This document shows, piece by piece, positions 27,183 to 37,367 of a DNA stretch of 64,000 bases. Location: the NCBI GenBank assembly GCA_965214935.1, contig CBDCCS010000022.1:192001-256000 (forward strand), given 5' to 3'. Made by a program: the position numbers and the translations under genes. Under the pieces are notes generated by a model. That model was not told the DNA's origin. It was given only the letters and a program-made list of their open reading frames with translations, and made no database searches. Every line of letters begins with the position of its first letter. Within the stretch, counting starts at the first letter, position 1. The DNA is from Candidatus Velthaea sp. (lineage in GTDB: Bacteria; Vulcanimicrobiota; Vulcanimicrobiia; Vulcanimicrobiales; Vulcanimicrobiaceae).

Positions 27183-27631
27183 CGAGCCCCGTCCGCTTCG
27201 GCACGCTGCTTGATGCGCCGAAGCGTTCGCTGCGCGACCGAGGCGATGAAATAGCCGGCGACGAGGTGCTTGCCGAACCACGCTGCGGCAATCGGAAAGT
27301 CGAAGTCCAGCCGGTGCACGATCGTCACGCGCGTTCGGCCGCCGGCCGGCTCGAACAGCCATTCGACTTCCATCCCGCGCGTCGGTCCGGCGATGTGCCG
27401 AAATGCGATATGCGGGCGCCGTGCATCAGTTGTCTGCTCGGCGACCCAACGCAACGGAAACACATCGCACCAGGCAGCCATCTCGACGACGCGCATCGCG
27501 TCCCGGCGTTCCAGAACGCGGACGTAACGATAATGCGGCAGGATCAACGGCCAGCGTTCGGTTGCGTCGGCATATGTGAAGATCGTCGCCGGCGCCGCAT
27601 CGATCTCAATGCTTGACGATGAAACACTCAT
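27179..27631 (-). CDS. SRPBCC/START polyketide cyclase/aromatase-like protein
   Basis: SIEIDAAP...ERWPLILPHYRYVRVL...GMEVEWLFEP...TRVTIVH; ATGA overlaps at both ends. Confidence 0.8.
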   Translation of the reverse strand: MSVSSSSIEIDAAPATIFTYADATERWPLILPHYRYVRVLERRDAMRVVEMAAWCDVFPLRWVAEQTTDARRPHIAFRHIAGPTRGMEVEWLFEPAGGRTRVTIVHRLDFDFPIAAAWFGKHLVAGYFIASVAQRTLRRIKQRAEADGAR

Positions 27632-28803
27632 GCCAACAACCGGCCGAGTAGGGCGGGTGTATACCCGCTTTGAGGGGACCCGATGCCGCAAATCGCATCG
27701 ACGAGCGTTCGGCGCGCGTGCGCGTGGCGATTCAAACGTTCGGCGGTCCGGCGCGCGAGCGGCGAGCAATCGATGAGCGATGCAACGAGCGCACACAGTA
27801 CGGCACGGCGCCGAAAATCCGTCTGCCGCGCCGCGGCGTAGCGTTGAAATGCGCGATCTTCGGCGCTTCGATCGGCAAAAGCTTGGACGATTGCTGCGCT
27901 CGCCTCGCGTGCACCGGCAAGTGCAAGATACACGCCTTGGCCCGTGAACGGATTGAGAAAGCCGGCAGCGTCGCCGACCAGTAGCGCTCCCGGCGCTACC
28001 GGCGCGCAAACGCGATGCGCGAGCGGTCCGGCCGAGACCCGGTTGCCGATTCGCTCGGCATGGGCAAAGGAGCGCCGGCCACGGCCGAGTTCCGCCGCCC
28101 GCCCGGCGATGCCGCGATCGATGTCTGCCGACCAGCCGGCAAGCGCGGCTTGCGGCACGACGACCATAACGTTTGCGCGCCCGGCATCGAGCGGATTGAT
28201 TGCAAAATACGCGCCGTCGCCGACGTACATTTCGATAAAGCCGTTAAGATCGCCGAACCCGCGATAATGTCCGCCGACCGCAAACCGGCGTTTCGGACGT
28301 AGCGGGAGCGTCAGGCCCAGCTTACGCGCGACGACCGACGTCGTTCCGTCGGCGCCCACCACAATTCGGCTCCGTGCGTGGACGGCTTCGCCGGTCGCAT
28401 CGCGGTACATTACCCCCGTCACCCGGCGGCCGTCGAAAACGAGCGATTCGACACGGCCGCGAACGACGTTCACCCCGGCGTTCCGTGCAGCCGTGAGTAC
28501 GATGGCGTCGAGCGTTGCCCGATCGCAACTCAGAGCGGCACGCGAGAAGCGTAATTCGACCGCGGGCGCGTGGGGCGGAATGAGGCGAATCCCCTGCAGC
28601 TCGGTGCCCGCCGCTTGCACCAAGCCGCGCAAACCAAGGTCGTCAAGCGCCTCGACCGCTCCGCAGTTTTGATATTCACCGCAGACTTTTCGACGCGGAA
28701 ACGCGGCGCGCTCGATCAGCGTCACGCCGATACCGGCACGGGCCAACCGTAGCGCGGTCGCGCTTCCGGCCGGTCCGCCGCCGACCACGACGACGTCGTT
28801 CAG
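27628..28803 (-). CDS. NAD(P)/FAD-dependent oxidoreductase (geranylgeranyl reductase/aromatic hydroxylase superfamily)
   Basis: DVVVVGGGPAG, FPRRKVCGE, GADG and LVGDAAGFLNPFTGQG. Probable CTG start at 28803. Confidence 0.85.
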   Translation of the reverse strand: MNDVVVVGGGPAGSATALRLARAGIGVTLIERAAFPRRKVCGEYQNCGAVEALDDLGLRGLVQAAGTELQGIRLIPPHAPAVELRFSRAALSCDRATLDAIVLTAARNAGVNVVRGRVESLVFDGRRVTGVMYRDATGEAVHARSRIVVGADGTTSVVARKLGLTLPLRPKRRFAVGGHYRGFGDLNGFIEMYVGDGAYFAINPLDAGRANVMVVVPQAALAGWSADIDRGIAGRAAELGRGRRSFAHAERIGNRVSAGPLAHRVCAPVAPGALLVGDAAGFLNPFTGQGVYLALAGAREASAAIVQAFADRSAEDRAFQRYAAARQTDFRRRAVLCALVASLIDCSPLARRTAERLNRHAHARRTLVDAICGIGSPQSGYTPALLGRLLA

Positions 28804-29516
28804 TGCCCGGTCACGAGCGCGCCGTCGAGCCTTCCGTCAGTTGCCGTCATGCGAAAGAACGCTTCGGCGCGGACGTGCGGAACGCGCCAACCTGCACTCG
28901 CTGCGAGCGCCCGCGTTTCGCGCGCCGTATATGCACGCCGCACGGATAACGGTGCGTCGTGACGCGTTAAGCGATTCGCTGACGTTCGCGACCAGAACAA
29001 GGCGGCAGCGTAAGCGGCCGGCGACCGGCGCAAGTCGCAAACAACCGGCGACAAGCGTGCAACGCGGCGTAGTTCACCGAGCATGATGCGCGCCGCGGCC
29101 GGCTCGAAATGGTGCAGAGCAAGATTGCAAACGGTGACGTCAAAGGCGCCGTCGGCAAACGGCAGCGCGAGCGCATCGCCTTCGACATACGTTACAGCGA
29201 CGTTTGGCGGCGTCCGGCCGGCGGCGATCGTCAACATTTGAACGCTGCAGTCGAGACCGGCGATCGAGATCGTTGCACCGCGACGGCGCGCATCGGCAGT
29301 CAACGCCCGAGCAATGTCGCCGTCGCCGCAACAGACATCGAGTACCGTTTGCGCACCGGTTCGGCGCACGTTACGGACGATCGGTGCAAGGCCGCCGAGG
29401 TGGCGGTTGGCCCAACCGATATCCGCTAGGTTTTCTTGCAGTTCGACGATCGAGTCGATCGGATCGTCCATAAGCTCGCGCGCGACAAGCCGATTCACCG
29501 GGCGCTCAGCAGCCAA
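28800..29516 (-). CDS. SAM-dependent methyltransferase
   Basis: ELMDD, VLDVCCGDGD, GDALALPF, NLALHHF, DLRR and HDAPLSVRRAY. Confidence 0.88.
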   Translation of the reverse strand: MAAERPVNRLVARELMDDPIDSIVELQENLADIGWANRHLGGLAPIVRNVRRTGAQTVLDVCCGDGDIARALTADARRRGATISIAGLDCSVQMLTIAAGRTPPNVAVTYVEGDALALPFADGAFDVTVCNLALHHFEPAAARIMLGELRRVARLSPVVCDLRRSPAAYAAALFWSRTSANRLTRHDAPLSVRRAYTARETRALAASAGWRVPHVRAEAFFRMTATDGRLDGALVTGH

Positions 29517-29537
29517 TCCGCGGCCGCTACCTCGACG

Positions 29538-29780
29538 CTAGTTTTTGTAGAAGTCGGCGTTGATTTCGATAAAGTTCTTCCACTTATCGGGAACGTCGGA
29601 ATCCGCATAAATTGCTTCGACCGGACATGCCGAAACGCACGCGCCGCAATCGATACAGACTTCGGGATCGATGAACAGCTGCGTGTCGCTGTCGGACCCA
29701 TGTATGCAGTCGACCGGGCAAACATCGACACACGATTTGTCTTTTGTGCCGATGCAAGGTTCGGTGATGATGTACGCCAT
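29538..29780 (-). CDS. 7Fe/8Fe dicluster ferredoxin
   Basis: MAYIITEPCIGTKDKSCVDVCPVDCI...CIDCGACVSACP. Confidence 0.92.
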   Translation of the reverse strand: MAYIITEPCIGTKDKSCVDVCPVDCIHGSDSDTQLFIDPEVCIDCGACVSACPVEAIYADSDVPDKWKNFIEINADFYKN

Positions 29781-29858
29781 GAAACGGTCAGTCTGCCTCT
29801 CTGCAAGATGGGAGAATATTCCCTTAGCCGCGTTCCCCCGGTGTCCTTCGCCGCAAGC

Positions 29859-29899
29859 AAAAACCGGAAGCAGCCGTCTATGAGACGGATGCATCCGGT
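29859..29899 (-). terminator. Intrinsic terminator after the GlsB/YeaQ gene
   Basis: Minus strand ACCGGAtGCAtCCGTCT-cat-AGACGGcTGCtTCCGGT followed by TTTT. Confidence 0.65.
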
Positions 29900-29932
29900 G
29901 CTTGGTTCAGGTTACGAAGAGTTTGCCGAGGT

Positions 29933-30193
29933 TTAGGCGACGCGGCGACCGGAAATCGCCCGCAGAATAAACAGCAAGATGACGGCGCCGACAAACGCTA
30001 CGAGAATGCTGTAAAGATCGAGACCGTTTACACCAACGTGCCCGAATGCATTAAAAACAAAGCCGCCGATGAACGCGCCGACGATCCCGATGATGATGTC
30101 GCCGATGATCCCACCCGGGCCCTCGCCGGGAACGGCATACTTTGCAAGAAATCCGGCGATGAGGCCGACGAGAATCCAACTCAAAATACCCAC
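29933..30193 (-). CDS. GlsB/YeaQ/YmgE family (transglycosylase-associated) membrane protein
   Basis: MGILSWILVGLIAGFLAK...IIIGIVGAFIGG...AFVGAVILL; AAGGAG RBS before the GTG at 30193. Confidence 0.9.
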   Translation of the reverse strand: MGILSWILVGLIAGFLAKYAVPGEGPGGIIGDIIIGIVGAFIGGFVFNAFGHVGVNGLDLYSILVAFVGAVILLFILRAISGRRVA

Positions 30194-30309
30194 GCGCAAG
30201 TCTCCTTCGTTCATTGGTAGCAGAAAGCGCACCCGATGTCGGCATGGTGCCCGAGCGGTCGGCAAACGAAACCTGCCGACGTTCTCGCACGGAAGTACGT
30301 TTACAGCCT

Positions 30310-31035
30310 ATGCGTGGAACGATGGTAACGGCTGCCTTAACGATGATCATGACGGCACTGTCGCCGCCGGTTGACGCGGCTCCAACCGCGACGATCGAAG
30401 CCACGCCGGCGACTCTGAGTGTTACGGGTTACGGAGAAATCGCGCGCGCACCGGATCTCGCAACGGTCGGAGTCGCGATTATTACCGCCGATGACGGCAA
30501 CCCGCGTTCGCTATCACAAAATAACGCGCGTTTTGCGGCGTTGGTAACGAAGCTGTCCGCGCTCGGCATCGCTGCAGGCGACGTGCAGTCTGCGTCGATC
30601 GCTTCGTACTTTAATCCGCGGCCGACGTCAGGTGCCGAGGCGCGAAATCTCTATGGTTACATCGTCACGCGCAACGTTCAGATTGTCGTGCGCGAGCTCT
30701 CGCTTACCGGCAAAGTGGTCGATGCGGCAAGCGCTGTGGGCGGCGGACAAATCAACGGCGTGTCGTATGGTTTTCGCGACCGCCCTGCACTCGAACGCGT
30801 TGCACTTGCAGCAGCGGTGACCGATGCTTACGCGCAAGCGCAGACGATCGCCACCGCCGCGCACGTGCGCATCGTCCGCATTTTAACGATCGGTTACGAT
30901 AACGGCGCCCCGATCCGGTTGCACGCCGAAACCGCCGCACTTTCTCGGACCGCCGCCGAACCCGTCCCGACCACGATCGAACCGACCGATCAGGCAATTA
31001 GCCGTTCGATCGCGATAACATACGTCGTCCGCTAG
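30310..31035 (+). CDS. SIMPL (DUF541/YggE/BP26) periplasmic protein
   Basis: Signal peptide; LSVTGYGEI..APDLA, A..AAVTDA..QA..IA and PTTIEP. Confidence 0.82.
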   Translation: MRGTMVTAALTMIMTALSPPVDAAPTATIEATPATLSVTGYGEIARAPDLATVGVAIITADDGNPRSLSQNNARFAALVTKLSALGIAAGDVQSASIASYFNPRPTSGAEARNLYGYIVTRNVQIVVRELSLTGKVVDAASAVGGGQINGVSYGFRDRPALERVALAAAVTDAYAQAQTIATAAHVRIVRILTIGYDNGAPIRLHAETAALSRTAAEPVPTTIEPTDQAISRSIAITYVVR

Positions 31036-31111
31036 CCGCCGCGAACCGACGCTGCGCGCCGGGTCGAGGTGAGAACGAAACCACTCGACCGTCAGATGGG
31101 TAGCCGAAACT

Positions 31112-33070
31112 GTGATAGTCGAGACGTGTGAAGTTTGCCGCGAGCGGCCGGCGAGCGTTCGTGATTATGCGCTGCGCGCGGGAAAATGGACCGATGCGGC
31201 CGTTTGCGAGGACTGCGCGCGTCGGCGCCGGCGCGCAATCATTCCGTATGTCGGCGCCGCCGTCTCGGCCGCGACACTTTTTGCCGGCGCCGTGCTTGCA
31301 ATCGAACGTTTCGGCCGGCGCGACGGCGGCGACGGCGCGCCGCCGAACCAAGCCGGCGAACAGATCGGGCGTTTCCTTCGCGGAGCGACCGGGACGACAC
31401 TGGGACAGTATTCACGCGATCTCACGGCGGCCGCCAAAGCCGGCGAACTCGATCCGGTCATCGGTCGCGAACCCGAAGTCGAACGCGTCGTATCCATTTT
31501 AGCTCGGCGCAGTAAGAACAATCCGGTCCTTATCGGCGAACCGGGTGTCGGCAAGACGGCTATTGTCGAAGGCCTCGCGCAGCGCATCGCCAGCGGCGAC
31601 GTCCCGGCGGCATTGCGCGATAAACGCGTTCTATCGCTATCGCTGGGGCCGCTCGTCGCCGGAACGAAATATCGCGGCGAATTCGAGGGCCGCGTCAAGC
31701 GCATCCTCGATGAAGTCAAGCGCGCCGCGCGCGATATCATCCTTTTCATCGATGAACTGCATACGCTTGTCGGAGCGGGGGCCGCCGAAGGTTCACTCGA
31801 TCTTTCCTCGATGATCAAACCGGAGCTTGCGCGCGGCGAATTGCAATGCATCGGCGCGACGACCTTCGATGAATATCGCAAATATATTGAAGCCGACGCG
31901 GCGCTCGAACGGCGTTTTCAGCCGGTCACCGTCGCTGAGCCGACCGTCGATCAAACGATCGAGATCCTCCGCGGACTGCGCCCGAAATACGCCGGCCATC
32001 ATAAAGTTACGATCGCGGATGAAGCGCTGGAAGCGGCCGCAACGCTCTCGGCGCGTTATATCGCCGACCGGTACTTACCCGATAAAGCGATCGACGTGAT
32101 CGACGAGGCTGCGGCGACGGCGTCGATGCAAAATAGCGCCCGCGTCGACGCCGAGCGCATTTCCGCCGTCATCTCGCGTTGGACGGGCATTCCGCAAGGC
32201 ACCTTGAGCGCCGTGCAGCGCGCCGGCTTACTCGCGTTGGAAGCAGAAATCGAGCAACGCGTCGTCGGGCAGTCGTCCGCCGTTGCAACGGTATCGGAAG
32301 CGATCCGCCGGGCGCGCGCAGGCTTGAAAGATCCCCGCAAGCCCGTCGGCGGCTTTCTCTTCATCGGACCCAGCGGCGTCGGGAAAACCGAACTCGGCCG
32401 AACCCTAGCTCACGTGTTGTTCGGTACGGACGAAGCGCTCATTCGCCTCGACTTGTCGGAATACACCGAGCAGCATACGATTTCACGGCTGCTCGGAGCA
32501 CCGCCCGGATACTCCGGTCACGAGGAGCCGGGTCAATTGACGGAAGCCGTGCGCCGGCGGCCGTACTCGGTCGTGCTCTTCGATGAGATCGAGAAAGCGC
32601 ATCCGGACGTCGCCGCGATCTTATTGCAGATTCTCGATGACGGCCGCGTCACCGATGCAAAGGGCCGAAACATCGATTTCCGGCATGCGCTCATTATTCT
32701 GACCAGCAATCTGGAACGCGATGAGGTTGAAGCGAATTTGCGCAGCGAGCTGATCGATCGGATCGATGATATCGTTGTTTTTGCGCCGCTCGGAACCCGC
32801 GAAATCGAGCAGATCGTCGAATTGCAGCTTACGGCACTTGCCGAGCGGCTCGGGGCGCGCTCCGTATCGCTTGCGTTGACACAAAGCGCGCGGCGTTATC
32901 TGGCCAAGCAAAGTCTCGATGCCGGCAACGGTGCACGTTACGTCGCTCGATCGATCGCGCGCTACGTTACGACTCCGCTCTCGAGCGCTTTGCTCAGCGG
33001 GGGTATCGTCGACGGGCAGACCGCGCATGTCGACTACGATGGCCGAGCGATTACCGTGCGGGCCGCATGA
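31112..33070 (+). CDS. Clp/Hsp100 double-AAA+ ATPase with N-terminal Zn finger and hydrophobic helix
   Basis: [52 protein letters not shown] and FDEIEKAH. Confidence 0.92.
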   Translation: MIVETCEVCRERPASVRDYALRAGKWTDAAVCEDCARRRRRAIIPYVGAAVSAATLFAGAVLAIERFGRRDGGDGAPPNQAGEQIGRFLRGATGTTLGQYSRDLTAAAKAGELDPVIGREPEVERVVSILARRSKNNPVLIGEPGVGKTAIVEGLAQRIASGDVPAALRDKRVLSLSLGPLVAGTKYRGEFEGRVKRILDEVKRAARDIILFIDELHTLVGAGAAEGSLDLSSMIKPELARGELQCIGATTFDEYRKYIEADAALERRFQPVTVAEPTVDQTIEILRGLRPKYAGHHKVTIADEALEAAATLSARYIADRYLPDKAIDVIDEAAATASMQNSARVDAERISAVISRWTGIPQGTLSAVQRAGLLALEAEIEQRVVGQSSAVATVSEAIRRARAGLKDPRKPVGGFLFIGPSGVGKTELGRTLAHVLFGTDEALIRLDLSEYTEQHTISRLLGAPPGYSGHEEPGQLTEAVRRRPYSVVLFDEIEKAHPDVAAILLQILDDGRVTDAKGRNIDFRHALIILTSNLERDEVEANLRSELIDRIDDIVVFAPLGTREIEQIVELQLTALAERLGARSVSLALTQSARRYLAKQSLDAGNGARYVARSIARYVTTPLSSALLSGGIVDGQTAHVDYDGRAITVRAA

Positions 33071-33657
33071 AGTTCACCGCCGCCTTCGCCGCAGCGCTGC
33101 TGCTCGTTGCGGCGATACCGGCCGGTGCACAGCAGCGGGCGCCGGTTCCGATCGTCCTGCCGGCACCCCCGCCGGTCAGCAATCAGACCAGCAGCGCTCT
33201 GTTTGATGCGATGCTCGCCGTAAGTCGCGCTCAGCTCACCAATCCGCAAGCGGCTCAAACGGCCTCATTCCAATATTTCACCGCCGTGCAACAGTATCGA
33301 AGCGGCGACTTCCGGGCGGCCCGCCGTAGCGCACTTGAAGCGCTCTCGACAGCCTCGCAGCCGGCGCTCGGAGCCGACGCGCACGCTCCGCCTGCTCCCA
33401 TTTTGCCCCCGGGCGCAACGCAGTTGCCGGGAACGCAAGGCGGCTTGTACGGGGCCGATGCACCGGCGATCGATGCCGATACGTTTCTCGCGCTCGCACG
33501 CGGTACGATCGACGATTGCGCCGCCCGGCACGATCGCCGCCTGGCCCAGGCGCAGGCGCGCTACGCTGAAGCCGTGCGCGCATTTGCAGCGCGCAACTGG
33601 GAGACAACGCGCATCGCCGCCAAGGCGGCGATCGATGCTTGCGCAAAACCGCAATGA
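33067..33657 (+). CDS. Secreted helical hypothetical protein
   Basis: Sec signal peptide [25 protein letters not shown] overlap with the Clp gene; two C-terminal Cys. Confidence 0.7.
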   Translation: MKFTAAFAAALLLVAAIPAGAQQRAPVPIVLPAPPPVSNQTSSALFDAMLAVSRAQLTNPQAAQTASFQYFTAVQQYRSGDFRAARRSALEALSTASQPALGADAHAPPAPILPPGATQLPGTQGGLYGADAPAIDADTFLALARGTIDDCAARHDRRLAQAQARYAEAVRAFAARNWETTRIAAKAAIDACAKPQ

Positions 33658-33791
33658 TGCAAATGGTATGCAGCATCACTAATTCGTTGTAACTTTTGCG
33701 ATAGCGTTTACCGGATCTAGTCCAAACGGCCTGTATGAATGGACTAGAGGCCCCAGACGCCGGCTGAGGCGACGACGCACAATGCAAGCAT

Positions 33792-36161
33792 ATGTTTCGA
33801 CGACTCTTGCCGGTAATTTTCTTGTCCGCTGCATTTTCGGCTTGCGGCGGCGGCGGTTCAAGTTCTTCCGGCTTGCCGCAAACGTCGAAGCTTCCAGCAC
33901 CGGCGGTGCCGACGCAGAGCGTCACGGTTGCAATTACGATTCCGGCGTTGCCCGCCGCAGCAGCGAATAAAGCGCGACATCCGTTGTATGTTTCGGCGAG
34001 CACGCAGTCGGCAGCGATCGCCGTTAACGGTGGCCCGGCGATTATTACAAGCTTGGCGCCGACTTCAGCGAATTGCCCGCCGAGCGCGGGCGGCGGCCGG
34101 ACGTGCACGATCGCGGTCAGCGCGCCGGCCGGCAGCGATACTTTCGCTGTCTCGCTTTACGCATCGACGGACGGCAGCGGCGCGATTCTTTCGACCAGCA
34201 CGAGTACGGCGACCGTCGTCGCCGGCCAGGCCAACGCGATCAGCATGGTTCTCGGCGGCGTCGTTTCGTCGATCGCGCTTACGCTCAATCCGGCATCTCC
34301 GCCGACCGGTAAGGCGGCGACGGTCGCTTTGACGGTGACGAGTAAAGATGCCGCCGGACAGATCATCGTCGGCAGCGACGCATTCGCCAATCCGATCAAA
34401 CTTAGCGACAGCGACGGCACTGGTGCGACGGTTTTATCGAAAACCACCGTCACGACGCCGGCGGACCAACCCAGCATCACATACAATGGCGCGACGATTG
34501 CTTCAGCGCTTTTCAGTGCGACGGCGTCCGGTGTGCCGAGCGCAAACATTACGAACGCAACACTGACACCCAGTGCAACGACGGTGCCGCCTTCGACGCT
34601 CGTCGATTGGCCGCAATACGGCTTTGACGCCCAACGCACCGGTTACAATCCGTCGTCGACGGCAATCACACCGACGACGGTCGGCCAACTGCACCTCGCT
34701 TGGCACACGTACATCGGCGGCGGATCGCAAACGCAGCCGGTCGTTGCGACGAACGTTGCGGGCCACCAGGCGCTCCTCATCGTCGCAGGATACAAGACCG
34801 TTTATGCCTACGACGCGCTCACCGGCACGCAGATCTGGTCGAGAGGTTTGCCCACGCAGTTTTACCAGGAGTGCTACCCGGCGGGTACCGGCGGCACCGT
34901 CGTCTACGATAGCGCGCTGGCTTCGGTCTTCATCTCTGCGGGCAATGGCACGGATCCGAATCACGTCATTCTTTATCGCTTGAGCGTTACGGACGGTACG
35001 ATCACCGGTCAAACCGACGTCACGCCGACGCTGCTGACCGGAGAGTCAACCGGCGGACACACCGCAGTCACTCTTGCAAACGGGACGCTGTACCTCGGCA
35101 CCGGTTCAAATTGTGAGGGCACGTCGGGCAGCCGGCCGGCATGGCGCGGCCGCGTCGTTGCGGTGAATCCGAGCAGCATGACCCTGCTCAATACGTTCTA
35201 CACGACGTTCGGCCACGGCGGTAATTTTGCCGGTGGCGGTGTATGGGGCTGGGGCGGCGTTTCGGTCGATCCGAGCGGTAACGTCTATGTTGCAAGCGGC
35301 AACGCGGCAACCCGTCAGACGGCTTCGCCCGGAGTGATCAGCGCGCCGTTCGATGCGACCGACAACGAGCAGGCCGGCTACGCCGAACATCTGGTTAAAC
35401 TTAGCGCCGACTTGTCGACGGTTGAAGGCTCAGATTACCCCGGTTTCAACTTTGCCATCGGCGGTGAAGATCTCGACTACACGGGCGTACCGGTCGTTTT
35501 CACGCCGCCGTTCTCAAGCGGCTGCGGAACGCTGACGGCTACGCAGGGCAAAGCCGGAACGCTCGTCGTCAACAACACGCAGCAACTTTCGCCCAATGTT
35601 GCGACCTTTAAGTTGTCCATCCCGAATGCCGCTGCTTTCTATTCCGGCAATCCGGCCTACTCACCGGCTACCGGTTATCTCTACGCCGCGGTCACGTCGG
35701 CCGGCGGCGGCTCCTCAACGTTGCCGCCGGGTCTTGCAGCGATCGGTAACTGCGGCACCTCGATTGCCTGGAACACGGCATTCGGACCGGATTCTTACAA
35801 CTATGGCGTTGACGCGCATCCGGCGCGTTCCGCCCCGACGGCCACGGCCGGCGGCGTCGTGTTCATGGGCACGCCCTGCACGCCGGACGGAAACGGCGGC
35901 TGCACGACGGCGAATCCCAGCAATATCAAGGGTGCGGTTTGGGCACTCAATGCGACCAACGGCAATCTGCTCGGCAATGGAAAGCCGCTTCTCTCGACCA
36001 CCTCGAACATTCGTATGCCGGCGAGCGTCGACGGCAATTGGGTTTGGCTGATCGACGAATACGGCGACCTCTATGCACTAACCATCGACCCGTCCGTGAA
36101 AACCGTCACAGCCGGAGCGACGAGCCGCCCGACGCAGCGGTACCAATACCGCGCACATTAG
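33792..36161 (+). CDS. Lipoprotein with Ig-like N-terminal region and PQQ-like beta-propeller
   Basis: Lipobox FSAC followed by GGGG; DWPQYGFDAQRTGYN, YAYDALTGTQIW, GGGVWG and WALNATNG. Confidence 0.8.
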   Translation: MFRRLLPVIFLSAAFSACGGGGSSSSGLPQTSKLPAPAVPTQSVTVAITIPALPAAAANKARHPLYVSASTQSAAIAVNGGPAIITSLAPTSANCPPSAGGGRTCTIAVSAPAGSDTFAVSLYASTDGSGAILSTSTSTATVVAGQANAISMVLGGVVSSIALTLNPASPPTGKAATVALTVTSKDAAGQIIVGSDAFANPIKLSDSDGTGATVLSKTTVTTPADQPSITYNGATIASALFSATASGVPSANITNATLTPSATTVPPSTLVDWPQYGFDAQRTGYNPSSTAITPTTVGQLHLAWHTYIGGGSQTQPVVATNVAGHQALLIVAGYKTVYAYDALTGTQIWSRGLPTQFYQECYPAGTGGTVVYDSALASVFISAGNGTDPNHVILYRLSVTDGTITGQTDVTPTLLTGESTGGHTAVTLANGTLYLGTGSNCEGTSGSRPAWRGRVVAVNPSSMTLLNTFYTTFGHGGNFAGGGVWGWGGVSVDPSGNVYVASGNAATRQTASPGVISAPFDATDNEQAGYAEHLVKLSADLSTVEGSDYPGFNFAIGGEDLDYTGVPVVFTPPFSSGCGTLTATQGKAGTLVVNNTQQLSPNVATFKLSIPNAAAFYSGNPAYSPATGYLYAAVTSAGGGSSTLPPGLAAIGNCGTSIAWNTAFGPDSYNYGVDAHPARSAPTATAGGVVFMGTPCTPDGNGGCTTANPSNIKGAVWALNATNGNLLGNGKPLLSTTSNIRMPASVDGNWVWLIDEYGDLYALTIDPSVKTVTAGATSRPTQRYQYRAH

Positions 36162-36182
36162 CTCCAGCAGGCAAAAACGAAC

Positions 36183-36220
36183 AACCGGTCGTGCAGCGTA
36201 TGCGCGACCGGTTTTCTTTT
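36183..36220 (+). terminator. Intrinsic terminator
   Basis: AACCGGTCGTGCA-gcgta-TGCGCGACCGGTT followed by TTCTTTT. Confidence 0.75.
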
Positions 36221-36374
36221 CAATGAAACGAACCGGCTGCGCGGTGCGCAAGCCGGGACTTGACTCAAATCCCCACCGGCCATCGACGCCGCTGCTGATC
36301 GGTAGCCGGCGCATTCAATCGTCATCCGTTTGCATCGCTGTTGCGCGGTCTGACGACGGCGGAACGAACTTGCG

Positions 36375-37337
36375 GTGCGACCGCGAATACCGCCCACGAT
36401 GTGCCCGACGAAGCGATGCCGATGTGTCTACTTGATCGTCTCACACACGCAACCCCAAGCCGTCGCTCGACTCGCGCGTACCATTCTTGCGCAGTCACCG
36501 GCATCTTGGGTGCTCGTCCATCACGATGCCTCTGCAGGTGTGTTTCCGCGCGACGTCATTGCCGATTTGCCCCGCACGGTAATCGTCGAGCACCCCGTAC
36601 GAGTTACGTGGGGCACGTTTGCGCAGGTTGAAGCGGTGCTTCGATCGCTCGCGCAGCTGCGAGCAATGAACGTCGAATACGATTGGATTACACTGATATC
36701 GGGACAGGATTATCCGGCACGCCCGCTCGTTCAATTTCAAGAAATGCTCGCACATACGAATGCCGACGCGATCATGACATACGCAAAGATACATGCGGCG
36801 GATCGCCATCTCTACGATCGCTACAACTTCCGTTACGCGCGATTATCGGCTAAGGAATTGCCTCGTGTCTTACGTGCTCGCGGCTACTACGATCGGATCT
36901 TTAATCGCGTGCAGCCGTTTCTCCGGATACAAACGGCGCCGCGAGGAACGTTCATCGGGCGACGTGCGATCCGGTCGATTATGAACTTCGGCATCCCGGT
37001 TTTCAAAGGCTCGACGTGGTGGGCAATGTCGCGTAAAGCCGTTGAAGCCGTAATGACCGCGATTGCCGACCAGCCGGCATATGTCGACCGCTATGCGCGA
37101 ACACTCTCATCCGACGAGTCGATCTTTCACACGATCGTGCTCAATACACCGGGCTTAACAACTGAAAATGCAGAGTTGCACTACACCAATTGGCGACCCG
37201 GCAAGGCGAGCCCCGAATTTTTGACCGTCACTGATTTGCCGGCGATTCGCACGGCACACCGTTGGTTCGTTCGAAAAGTCGATGCAAACGATGGCGGCTT
37301 ACGCGACCGGCTGGATGCCGAATGCTCGCCGGTCTAA
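36375..37337 (+). CDS. GT14 (Core-2/I-branching) glycosyltransferase
   Basis: YLIVSH, VHHD, VTWG, LISGQDYP, GSTWW, SDESIFHT and FVRKVD. Start uncertain. Confidence 0.82.
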   Translation: MRPRIPPTMCPTKRCRCVYLIVSHTQPQAVARLARTILAQSPASWVLVHHDASAGVFPRDVIADLPRTVIVEHPVRVTWGTFAQVEAVLRSLAQLRAMNVEYDWITLISGQDYPARPLVQFQEMLAHTNADAIMTYAKIHAADRHLYDRYNFRYARLSAKELPRVLRARGYYDRIFNRVQPFLRIQTAPRGTFIGRRAIRSIMNFGIPVFKGSTWWAMSRKAVEAVMTAIADQPAYVDRYARTLSSDESIFHTIVLNTPGLTTENAELHYTNWRPGKASPEFLTVTDLPAIRTAHRWFVRKVDANDGGLRDRLDAECSPV

Positions 37338-37367
37338 CTCGATCCGGCCCACCGGCACCTTCGACGT

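Noticed and set aside
29781..29860. Riboswitch in the ferredoxin leader
   Set aside because: No recognisable aptamer; the nearby hairpin is adequately explained as the upstream gene's terminator.
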